Both the position numbers and the translations under genes were made by a program. The notes beneath the pieces are model-generated. The model saw only the letters and a program-made list of their open reading frames with translations. It had not been told where the DNA came from and did not search any database. 35,593 nucleotides of DNA from NCBI GenBank assembly GCA_039630345.1, contig JBCNVD010000018.1:1-35593 (forward strand). Direction: 5' to 3'. Positions within the stretch are counted from its first letter, which is position 1; each line of letters begins with the position of its first letter. The DNA is from Aquificaceae bacterium. Its GTDB lineage: Bacteria; Aquificota; Aquificia; Aquificales; Aquificaceae. Below are positions 28,056 through 35,593 of the stretch, in pieces.

Positions 28056-28779
28056 CATCAGAATGAGAGCAAGTCTCTCCGGAGAGCATATATCAGGTGC
28101 AGAGAGAATAGCCGAAAAAGACCATCTAAGGAGGGTTTTATTAGAGCTCTCTAAAAGACCTTCCTGCTTTGATAAGATGGTGCTAACTGTGGAAAAGCTA
28201 TCGTCTGTGGAAATTATAGAAAGAGCTCTAAAAATAAGCAGTTATGACTTTAATTCCGTTAAAGAAGCAAGAGATTTTGCAAAGAGTCTCCTTATAAAAT
28301 CAGGCGTTAACCAAAGATGCGCCAATCTGGCTATAGAGCTCTTAAGCAAAGGTCCTTCGCCGGATTTTAAAAACATGCGAGGGGCTATTCTTATGAACCC
28401 TGAGAGCTGCGAAAGGCTTGAGAAAGACCCCTATAGAGGTGTAAGAACCATAAAGGTAGACTGGCTTTCGCGAAGCGAGATTAAGAAAATTCTTATAAAT
28501 CGCTCTATAAGGAAAGAATACCTGAGTAGATTGCCCGATGCCCTTGCGCTTGCTACCAAGAATGTCTTTTGCGGGGTTTTGGCAGAGCTTTGCTGGAGCG
28601 ATGATTTAAATTATCAAACCGGGTATGTAGCCTCCCCCTCTCTTGGGTATGTCAGGATAAAGCCTCTTAAGGAAAAAGACAGCCCAAGGGGCGGAAGGGT
28701 CTACTTTGTGCCAGAAGATAGCCTTGAAAATATCCTAAACTGCCTTGAAAATACCCCTTTGCTTATTCGCTCGCTTTAA
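28033..28779 (+). CDS. bioW: 6-carboxyhexanoate--CoA ligase
   Basis: YSIRMRAS...HISGAERI, MRGA, DALALATK, ELCWSDD.NY.TGYVA and GGRVYF. Confidence 0.93.
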   Translation: MNSKELYSIRMRASLSGEHISGAERIAEKDHLRRVLLELSKRPSCFDKMVLTVEKLSSVEIIERALKISSYDFNSVKEARDFAKSLLIKSGVNQRCANLAIELLSKGPSPDFKNMRGAILMNPESCERLEKDPYRGVRTIKVDWLSRSEIKKILINRSIRKEYLSRLPDALALATKNVFCGVLAELCWSDDLNYQTGYVASPSLGYVRIKPLKEKDSPRGGRVYFVPEDSLENILNCLENTPLLIRSL

Positions 28780-30437
28780 TCCTCGTCAAGAATCTCTTTG
28801 CCAGATTCGTCTATGTAGGTCTCTTCGTAGGAAGAATAATAATAAGGAGTTAGAGCTTCAAACTCGCCTGCGCAAGTATCGACGCTTTTAAAGCTCGGTC
28901 TTAGTCCAAGGGAGCTCTTTAAGTTTCTTACTTCATCAACGCTCATGTTGCAAAGGTAAGCAATCTCTTCGTCTGAGCGCCCATCCATCTTGGCGCTTTT
29001 TAGATTGTTTTGATTTAGTCCATAAATAAAGTCCTTCTCAGAAATTACCAGCTGTCTTATTTGCTCTAAAAACCAGGGGTCTATTCTGGTATGATGATGA
29101 ACCTCTTGCAAGCTAAAGCCCTTTCTAAAGGCGCCTGATATAAACCATAGCCTTTCCGGGTTTGGAATCCTTAGCCCGTTTTCTATATCCTGAATACTCA
29201 AAGTCGAATAGTCGGGGTTGCTAAGCCCGTATCTACCTACTTCAAGGCTCTGGATTGCCTTATTAAGAGCTTGCTTAAAGGTTCTCCCTATTGCCATAAC
29301 CTCGCCCACTGACTTCATGCTGGTGCCAAGGGCGTTTTTGGAGGTTGGAAATTTAGCAAAGTCGAATCTAGGGATCTTAACAACAACATAATCAAGACTT
29401 GGCTCAAAGCTTGCAGGCGTTGTGCCAGTGACCGCGTTTTTAATCTCATCCAAAGTGTAGCCAAGAGCGAGCCTTGTGGCCACTTTCGCAATAGGAAAGC
29501 CAGTAGCCTTTGAAGCAAGAGCGCTCGAGCGAGATACCCTTGGGTTCATCTCAATTACGAAAAACCTGCCGGTTTTGGGATCTATTGCAAACTGCACATT
29601 TGCGCCCCCGCCCTCTATTCCGACCGCGTTCATTATGGCAATTCCTGCATCCCTTAGAGTCTGATACTCTTTATCGCTCAGGGTCATAATAGGGGCTACA
29701 GTTATGGAATCGCCCGTATGAACTCCCATCGGGTCAAAGTTTTCAATCCCGCAAACCACTATGACATTGCCATTTTTGTCTCTTAATAGCTCAAGCTCAA
29801 TCTCTTTCCAGCCATGCAAGGACATATCCATAATCGCCTGTTTGATAGGGGAGCTCCTAAGAGCGTTCTCAAGCCCGGAAATTAGCTCACTTTCGCTACT
29901 TGCCACAGAGCCACCAAAGCCCCCTAAGGTAAAAGCAGGTCTTATAATCACGGGAAAGCCAATGTCTTTTATGGCTTTTAGCCCTTCTTCAATAGAAGAA
30001 ACCACCGCGCTTGGCGGCACTTCCAGCCCTGCTTCTTTTACCACTTTTCTAAAGAGCTCTCTATCCTCGCCCTTTTTTATGGCGCTATAACTTGCGCCAA
30101 TTAACCTAACCCCAAACCTATCCAAAACCCCAGACTCATAAAGCTTTACACAAACATTCAGAGCAGTTTGCCCCCCCATCGTTGGCAAAATCGCCTCCGG
30201 TCTTTCAATCTGGATGATTTTTTCAATCACTTCAGGCACTATCGGCTCTATATAAGTTCTATGAGCCATCCTCGGATCAGTCATGATAGTCGCCGGATTT
30301 GAATTAACCAGAACAACCTCTATCCCCTCTTCAAGGAGCTCTCTGCAGGCCTGCACCCCCGAGTAGTCAAACTCCGCCGCCTGACCAATCAATATAGGAC
30401 CAGACCCTATAACCATAACCCTCTTTAAAGTCCCCAC
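28776..30437 (-). CDS. carB: Carbamoyl-phosphate synthase large subunit, N-terminal half only
   Basis: IGSGPILIGQAAEFDYSG, NSNPATIMTD, EMNPRVSRSSALASKATG, and it ends just after VDTCAGEFEALTPYYYSSYE (553 aa). Confidence 0.92.
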   Translation of the reverse strand: MGTLKRVMVIGSGPILIGQAAEFDYSGVQACRELLEEGIEVVLVNSNPATIMTDPRMAHRTYIEPIVPEVIEKIIQIERPEAILPTMGGQTALNVCVKLYESGVLDRFGVRLIGASYSAIKKGEDRELFRKVVKEAGLEVPPSAVVSSIEEGLKAIKDIGFPVIIRPAFTLGGFGGSVASSESELISGLENALRSSPIKQAIMDMSLHGWKEIELELLRDKNGNVIVVCGIENFDPMGVHTGDSITVAPIMTLSDKEYQTLRDAGIAIMNAVGIEGGGANVQFAIDPKTGRFFVIEMNPRVSRSSALASKATGFPIAKVATRLALGYTLDEIKNAVTGTTPASFEPSLDYVVVKIPRFDFAKFPTSKNALGTSMKSVGEVMAIGRTFKQALNKAIQSLEVGRYGLSNPDYSTLSIQDIENGLRIPNPERLWFISGAFRKGFSLQEVHHHTRIDPWFLEQIRQLVISEKDFIYGLNQNNLKSAKMDGRSDEEIAYLCNMSVDEVRNLKSSLGLRPSFKSVDTCAGEFEALTPYYYSSYEETYIDESGKEILDED

Positions 30438-30459
30438 GCCAAGATTTTATAATTTCTTG

Positions 30460-31080
30460 ATGGAGTTTGTCCTAAAGCGAAGGGGGGAGTTCCCCCCTTC
30501 GACCCCCCCTGCAAACTCTCATGTCTCTGTTGCGCTTTTACACTATCCTGCCCTTGATAAAAACGGCAAGCATGTGGTTACCTCTTTTGTAACTCTGGAC
30601 CTTCATGACATCGCTAGGCCCGTTAGAGCCTACGAACTTGGCTCATACTACATAATCCAGCCAGTGGATGGCCAAAGAGAGGTTATAAAAAAACAGCTCC
30701 AATACTGGCTATCTGAGGAAGGAGCAAAGATAAACCCAACCAGGCACGAAGTTGTCAGTTTGGTTAAACTCTCTTACACTCTTGATGAAGTGATGGAAGA
30801 CATCTTTACCCAAACGGGCAAGCGCCCAAAGCTCATAGGAACAGACGCAAGAGAATACCCATTTAAAATAAGCTACAAAGAGCTCACAGAGATTTTAAAG
30901 GACAAAAATCAGCAGTTTTTGCTGGTCTTTGGCACAGGCTATGGCATACCCCCGGAGCTTTTAAAGACCTTTGACTACATGCTTGAGCCCATAAAAGGTG
31001 CAGGCGATTGGAATCATCTATCTGTGAGAAACGCGGTCGCAATAATTCTGGATAGACTCTTTAGCAAAAACAGGTGCTAA
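30460..31080 (+). CDS. SPOUT RNA methyltransferase (TrmD C-terminal-like family)
   Basis: [24 protein letters not shown] and [16 protein letters not shown]. Confidence 0.85.
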   Translation: MEFVLKRRGEFPPSTPPANSHVSVALLHYPALDKNGKHVVTSFVTLDLHDIARPVRAYELGSYYIIQPVDGQREVIKKQLQYWLSEEGAKINPTRHEVVSLVKLSYTLDEVMEDIFTQTGKRPKLIGTDAREYPFKISYKELTEILKDKNQQFLLVFGTGYGIPPELLKTFDYMLEPIKGAGDWNHLSVRNAVAIILDRLFSKNRC

Positions 31081-31081
31081 C

Positions 31082-32158
31082 GTGCTGTATCATCTTGCAT
31101 TGCTTTTAAAAGAGGAGTTTTCACCTCTGAATGTTTTCAGATACATAACTTTCAGGTCTTTTCTTGCGGTTTTGATGGCGTTTTTGATAACCCTTTACCT
31201 TACCCCTTACTTTGTTAAAAAAATGAAAGCCCTTCAGAGACTCTTTCGGGGATATGTAAGGCAATACACCCCTGAAGGTCATATAAATAAACGCTACATA
31301 CCCAGCATGGGCGGTCTGATTGTGGTTTTATCTGTGGTTCTGTCCTGCTCTTTGCTTATGAGACTTGACCTATTTTATTTCTGGATTTTATCCTTTTGCA
31401 CCATCGGCTTTGCCATGGTTGGCTTCTGGGACGATTTTACAAAACTCAAAAACAAAAAGGGCATAAGCGCAAAGAAGAAGTTTCTGGCCCAGGTTTTGAT
31501 AGCTTTTTCAGTGTCTGTGTTTTTGTATCTTCTTGAGTTTGTGGATACAAGGCTTTATTTTCCGGTTTTTAAAGATCTGAGTCTCGACCTTGGTTTGCTC
31601 TATATCCCCTTTGCCACTTTTGTGATAGTGGCTGCTTCAAATGCGGTTAATTTAACCGACGGACTTGATGGGCTTGCGATAGGTCCTGTCATGACCTGCG
31701 CGGGCGCTTTAGGGCTCGTTTCGTATGCAGTTGGACACTACGAAATTGCAAGATACCTTGGAATACCGCATGTTCCATACGCGGGAGAGGTAAGCGTCTT
31801 CTGTTTTGCCATAGTTGGCGCAGGTCTTGGATTTTTGTGGTTTAATGCCTTTCCTGCCCAGCTGTTTATGGGTGATGTTGGAGCTCTTTCCCTTGGCGCA
31901 GCCCTTGGGGTTATAGCTTTAGTTTCAAAATCCGAGCTGCTATTGCCCTTAGCAGGCGGAATATTCGTCTTTGAAACCTTGTCTGTTATACTTCAGGTTT
32001 GGTATTTTAAAGCCCGCGGCAAAAGACTCTTTAGAATGGCTCCATTTCACCACCATCTTGAGCTCCTTGGCATGCCAGAGCCAAAGATTGTTATAAGAAT
32101 GTGGATAATATCTATTCTCCTTGCAGTATTTACGCTTGCCAGTTTAAAACTTCGTTGA
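31082..32158 (+). CDS. mraY: Phospho-N-acetylmuramoyl-pentapeptide transferase
   Basis: [34 protein letters not shown] and MAPFHHHLE. Confidence 0.96.
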   Translation: MLYHLALLLKEEFSPLNVFRYITFRSFLAVLMAFLITLYLTPYFVKKMKALQRLFRGYVRQYTPEGHINKRYIPSMGGLIVVLSVVLSCSLLMRLDLFYFWILSFCTIGFAMVGFWDDFTKLKNKKGISAKKKFLAQVLIAFSVSVFLYLLEFVDTRLYFPVFKDLSLDLGLLYIPFATFVIVAASNAVNLTDGLDGLAIGPVMTCAGALGLVSYAVGHYEIARYLGIPHVPYAGEVSVFCFAIVGAGLGFLWFNAFPAQLFMGDVGALSLGAALGVIALVSKSELLLPLAGGIFVFETLSVILQVWYFKARGKRLFRMAPFHHHLELLGMPEPKIVIRMWIISILLAVFTLASLKLR

Positions 32159-32536
32159 GTTAAGCTCAATGCCCATAAATTTGCATCTTCTGCCTCTTAG
32201 TAGTTCAACCACCATATCAACAGGCTCAGGCGAGCTAACTATCATAAGCCCATGCTGTTCTATGGGTTTTAGCTCTGAAACCCCAATTAGTCTTCCCCCT
32301 CTAAACCAGTAAAGTATCAAATCAAGATGAGTGTTCATATTCCAGAATTGCCTTGGCTCTGCGCTTTCGTATATAAAGACCATCCCATCGTAGTTATCGA
32401 GCGTTCTTCTATGCATAAGTCCCTGACTATGTTCCTGCGGCGTCCTTGCAGTTAAAAGCTTACACTCTCTGGCTTCAATAGAGCCCCCGCAACTGACTAT
32501 ACTGGCAATCAGGATGAAAATAACTATTATCTGCAC
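32144..32536 (-). CDS. DUF192 family lipoprotein
   Basis: Lipobox-like [33 protein letters not shown] and VVEL. Confidence 0.8.
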   Translation of the reverse strand: MQIIVIFILIASIVSCGGSIEARECKLLTARTPQEHSQGLMHRRTLDNYDGMVFIYESAEPRQFWNMNTHLDLILYWFRGGRLIGVSELKPIEQHGLMIVSSPEPVDMVVELLRGRRCKFMGIELNSTKF

Positions 32537-32548
32537 TATATTATATTA

Positions 32549-32971
32549 ATGAGTTTAGGCGCTTTAGAGAGCTTTATAACTGCGTTTAAAGAGCGCGGTC
32601 TTAAGCTAACGCCGCAAAGGGTTGCGGTTTACGAAAATATCAAAAACCGCTCTGACCACCCAACTGCGGAAGAAATTTACCTAAGTGTCAAGCAAAAACA
32701 TCCTTTCGTCTCATTGGCAACAGTTTATAGAACTCTTGAAACCTTAGAAGAAGCAGGTCTTATCAAAAGAGTTGCCTACTTTGGAAACTCTGTGCGCTAC
32801 GATGCAAACATCTCACACCATCACCATCTTATATGTGTAAGCTGCGGTGCAATACAGGATATAGAGCTAAGTCTTGACTGGCATCCGCCAAAGGAAGTTT
32901 TAGGTTATAAAATTCAAACCTTTGGTATAAACTTATTTGGGGTCTGTCAAAGATGTCAGAAAAAGAGCTAA
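32549..32971 (+). CDS. Fur/PerR family transcriptional regulator
   Basis: LTPQR, HPTAEEIY, SLATVYRTL, HHHLICVSCG and GVCQRC. Confidence 0.92.
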   Translation: MSLGALESFITAFKERGLKLTPQRVAVYENIKNRSDHPTAEEIYLSVKQKHPFVSLATVYRTLETLEEAGLIKRVAYFGNSVRYDANISHHHHLICVSCGAIQDIELSLDWHPPKEVLGYKIQTFGINLFGVCQRCQKKS

Positions 32972-33258
32972 AGCTTTTATCAAAAGAAGAAATCCTCTCT
33001 CAGCTTCCGCCCGGCTGGTCTATTGAGGAGAGCTCTATTAAAAAAACCTACCAGACAAAGTCCTGGCTTCAAACCGTGATGCTCTTTAACTGCGCAGCAT
33101 CGCTTGCCCAATCCCACTGGCATCATCCAGATATTAGCGTAAGCTACAGATCAATCACAATAGTTTTAACAACTCACGAAGCAAAAGGCATAACCTACAA
33201 AGATGTAGAGCTTGCAAAAGATATAGAGCTCTACTTTAATGGTATTTTGCAAAGGTGA
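32953..33258 (+). CDS. Pterin-4-alpha-carbinolamine dehydratase
   Basis: LPPGW, WHHPDI and LTTHEAKGIT.KD.ELA. Confidence 0.88.
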   Translation: MSEKELKLLSKEEILSQLPPGWSIEESSIKKTYQTKSWLQTVMLFNCAASLAQSHWHHPDISVSYRSITIVLTTHEAKGITYKDVELAKDIELYFNGILQR

Positions 33259-33277
33259 TATAATCATGACCTTAGCT

Positions 33278-33355
33278 GGAGCCGTAGTTCAGCTCGGTCA
33301 GAACGCCGGCCTGTCAAGCCGGAGGTCGCGGGTTCAAGTCCCGTCGGCTCCGCCA
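33278..33355 (+). tRNA. tRNA-Asp(GTC), CCA encoded
   Basis: Acceptor GGAGCCG/CGGCTCC, anticodon stem CCGGC/GCCGG with loop CTGTCAA, GGTTCAAGTCC and GCCA end. TGaTATAAT lies upstream. Confidence 0.96.
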
Positions 33356-33509
33356 TCAAAAGTAGAGCAAAAGTAAAAATATCAGGACTTGCAAGAAAAT
33401 GTTTATATAACAGTATTTCGGCAAGCTCAAAACCCTGATTGTCAAGGAAATCTGTTTGCAAGACTTAGACCGAAACTTAGACTAAGGTTAGAGAAATTTA
33501 AGTGATAAC

Positions 33510-33886
33510 CTCTGAGTTCTGCCACCATACCGCAAGTTCCTTTCCTACAATTACCTCTACCCATTGACGGAAAGGGAAATCAGTATAATCCTCTAAGTCC
33601 TTCTGACGTTAGCAGTTTTGTATGGCGTGGACCTCGTTTTGGTGTAGGTCTTGGCTTCGGGTATGGCTTTGGCTCCAGCTCTCTCTGGGTGGGTTCTGGC
33701 TACAGCTCTCCACCACCCGCAAGAGGTTCTCCGGACGTGGTAAACTATGCCTTTATATTTGGAGAGCTCCAGACAGGTGCAAAGCTAAAAGGCTTTGTAT
33801 ACTTTCCTTTACTGCCTAAAGACATATCCAGTGCCACCCTTTACGTAAAAGGGTACAGGTTCAATCTTGCGCTTGTCAAAAAATAA
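33510..33886 (+). pseudogene. 5'-truncated, frameshifted hypothetical gene
   Basis: Protein-like frame PRFGVGLGFGYGFG...DVVNYAFIFGELQTGAKLKGFVYFP...LVKK* with no credible start. It ends 7 nt before radA. The left boundary is approximate. Confidence 0.45.
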
Positions 33887-33893
33887 AAGGAGC

Positions 33894-35218
33894 ATGAGGA
33901 AGGAAAACTATCTTTGTCTGTCAAGGATGTGTTTTTCAAGCTCCCGATGGTTGGGGAGACGTCCTTCTTGTGAACCTGGAACTCTCTAGTGGAAAGACAA
34001 GGATCTCCCGGGAAAGACAGTAAACGCATCTGCCAAGCTTGCAAGACCGGTGCTAAGCTGGACGGAGGAAGGGTTAGAAAGGCTAAGCACTGGCTTTAGG
34101 GGCTTTGATCTTGCGATTGGCGGGGGGTCTTATAAAAGGGCAAGTAGTTTTACTCGCGGGCGAACCGGGTATAGGGAAATCCACCTTTTTCATTCTCACA
34201 GTCTTCCGAAAACTTTTCAAAAACTTACGGCACCGTCTTGCATACTGTCTCCGGCGAAGAGTCTCCTTCGCAGGTTGCGGTAGCTCTGAAGGCTCGTGTA
34301 TCTTCGGAGAGACTTTTAACCCTTCCAGAGACCAACCTTGAAAACCTTTTCTGCAATTTCAGGAGAAAAGCCCGCTTCTCTGTGGTGGACTCTATACAGA
34401 CCCTTCACAGCTCTGGGTTAGAATCTTCTCCGGGTTCTGTCGCTCAGGTAAACAGAGTGTGCCTTCAGACTTTTAGAGTTCTGCAAAGCCTACGGCGTAC
34501 CCTTTTTTTCTTGGTAGGTCAGGTAAACAAGGAAGGTGTGGTGGCAGGTCCAAAGGTGCTGTAAGATCTGGCGGATACGGTGCTATACTTTGAGGGAGAG
34601 AGATTTAACTTTTATAGGATTTTGAAGGTGATTAAAAACCGCTTCGGTGCGGGTGGGGAGCTCCTGTTTTTCAAAATGTCAGATAAGGGTCTTGAGGAAG
34701 TGCCGGAGCCTTGCCTTTTTACTGCAGGAAAGGGTCGACTCCCCAGGTAACGTGGTCCTTCCACACACAGAAGGTAGCAAGCCGGTCTTGCTTGAGGTTC
34801 AGTTCTTTACCAGGACGGGCTCTCATACCACACCGCAGAGAAGGACGGAGGGGTTTCTAATCTGAAGACTCTCTCTCTATACTTGCGGTCCTTGAGAAGG
34901 AGGCAAGGTCTTTACAAGGGACAGGGATGCGTTTGTAAACCTTGTGGAGTAAGGGTGGAAGAGCCTGCTATAGACCTTGCGGTAGCCCTTGCGGTAGTAG
35001 CTTGGTAAGGACAGGCCAGTGGGTGACCTTGTGGTCTTTGGAGAGTTAGGACTCTCCGGGGAGGTCAGAGCGGTTCACTTTGCACAAGAGAGGCTAAAAG
35101 AGAGCCTAGGTTTGGCTTTAAAAAAGCCATAGTGCCAAAGAGCTCTTACGTAGAAATTGAGGGAATGGAAATAATACCCGTCAGACACATAAAAGAAGCC
35201 ATTGAGGTTATAATCTAA
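33894..35218 (+). pseudogene. radA: DNA repair protein RadA/Sms pseudogene
   Basis: AGGAG SD + ATG 33894. Degenerate Zn-finger region (RWLGR.PSC), LLAGEPGIGKST, SGEES, VVDSIQT, GPKVL then TAA (34562-34564), KNRFG (34634-34648) and GELGLSGEVR, split over several frames. Confidence 0.9.
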
Positions 35219-35221
35219 GCG

Positions 35222-35593
35222 GTGAAAGTTTTGTGGTAGAGACTACAGACTTCTGGGGGAAGTTCGAAAGAATACCTTAATATGGAAGGTTTGGTGGTGG
35301 ACTGGGTAGAGGACGGCAGAGAGTTTTTTGACCTTCTTGAGGTTTCCGCATATGATGTGATAGTGCTTGACCTTATGATGCCACACATAAGCGGGAAACT
35401 CCGAAGGGTTTAAGAGAGAAGGGAGACAAGACACCGGCTTCTCTGTGCTTACCGCAAGGGGTAAACTTGAGGACAAGGAAAGGTGCTTTTCCTTGGTGCG
35501 GATGACTATCTTACAAAGCCTTTTGAACCGAGAAGAACTCCTCCTAGAATAAGAGTCTTTCACAGAAGGGTGGTGAGAGAGGAGAAGGTAAAA
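35222..35593 (+). pseudogene. OmpR-family response regulator, frameshifted, running off the window
   Basis: Fragments MKVL/VE, YDVIVLDLMMP, LTARG.LEDK and LGADDYLTKPFE in different frames. TATAAT lies 7 nt before GTG 35222. Confidence 0.8.

Noticed and set aside
7304..30090. Numerous 60-150 aa antisense or alternate-frame ORFs in the track (e.g. 26116-26568, 22804-23223, 12852-13202)
   Set aside because: They are shadows of well-supported genes and lack motifs or expression signals.
1..35593. Intact CRISPR array, cas genes, IS transposase, integrase, rRNA or riboswitch
   Set aside because: No regularly spaced repeats, terminal inverted repeats or diagnostic motifs were found by eye.

Overview
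Bacterial chromosomal window, most likely Aquificaceae (Hydrogenobacter/Thermocrinis/Aquifex-like). This is inferred from the split carB, bioW, multi-copy DUF29 and very tight gene packing, not from a database search. There are three zones. (1) ~1-6.2 kb is an accessory, partly decayed patch: a divergent Hfq/Sm-like gene behind a palindromic operator-like site, tandem DUF29 genes (one broken), a wrecked DNA methyltransferase, a formyltransferase/PIG-L deacetylase pair, and an HTH + PD-(D/E)XK nuclease overlapping a stand-alone C-terminal MazG domain. (2) ~6.2-33.4 kb is intact housekeeping DNA: alr, tRNA-Ala, coaBC, pyrB, rsmI, gyrB, tRNA-Glu, cobB, ribF, argH, HerA-like ATPase, amidase, queE, infB, bioW, N-half carB, mraY, fur, tRNA-Asp. 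It also holds nonulosonate-modification genes (PseG-like; PseA/WbuX-HisH-HisF) and an unusual TM + coiled-coil + RelE-like protein next to an NYN RNase. (3) After tRNA-Asp, ~33.4-35.6 kb is a frameshifted block (radA and a response regulator). Across the window, many starts lack a Shine-Dalgarno and have a -10 hexamer 6-9 nt upstream, and five head-to-head gene pairs share only 12-24 nt containing -10 boxes on both strands, suggesting bidirectional leaderless promoters. All family calls are by eye from motifs.
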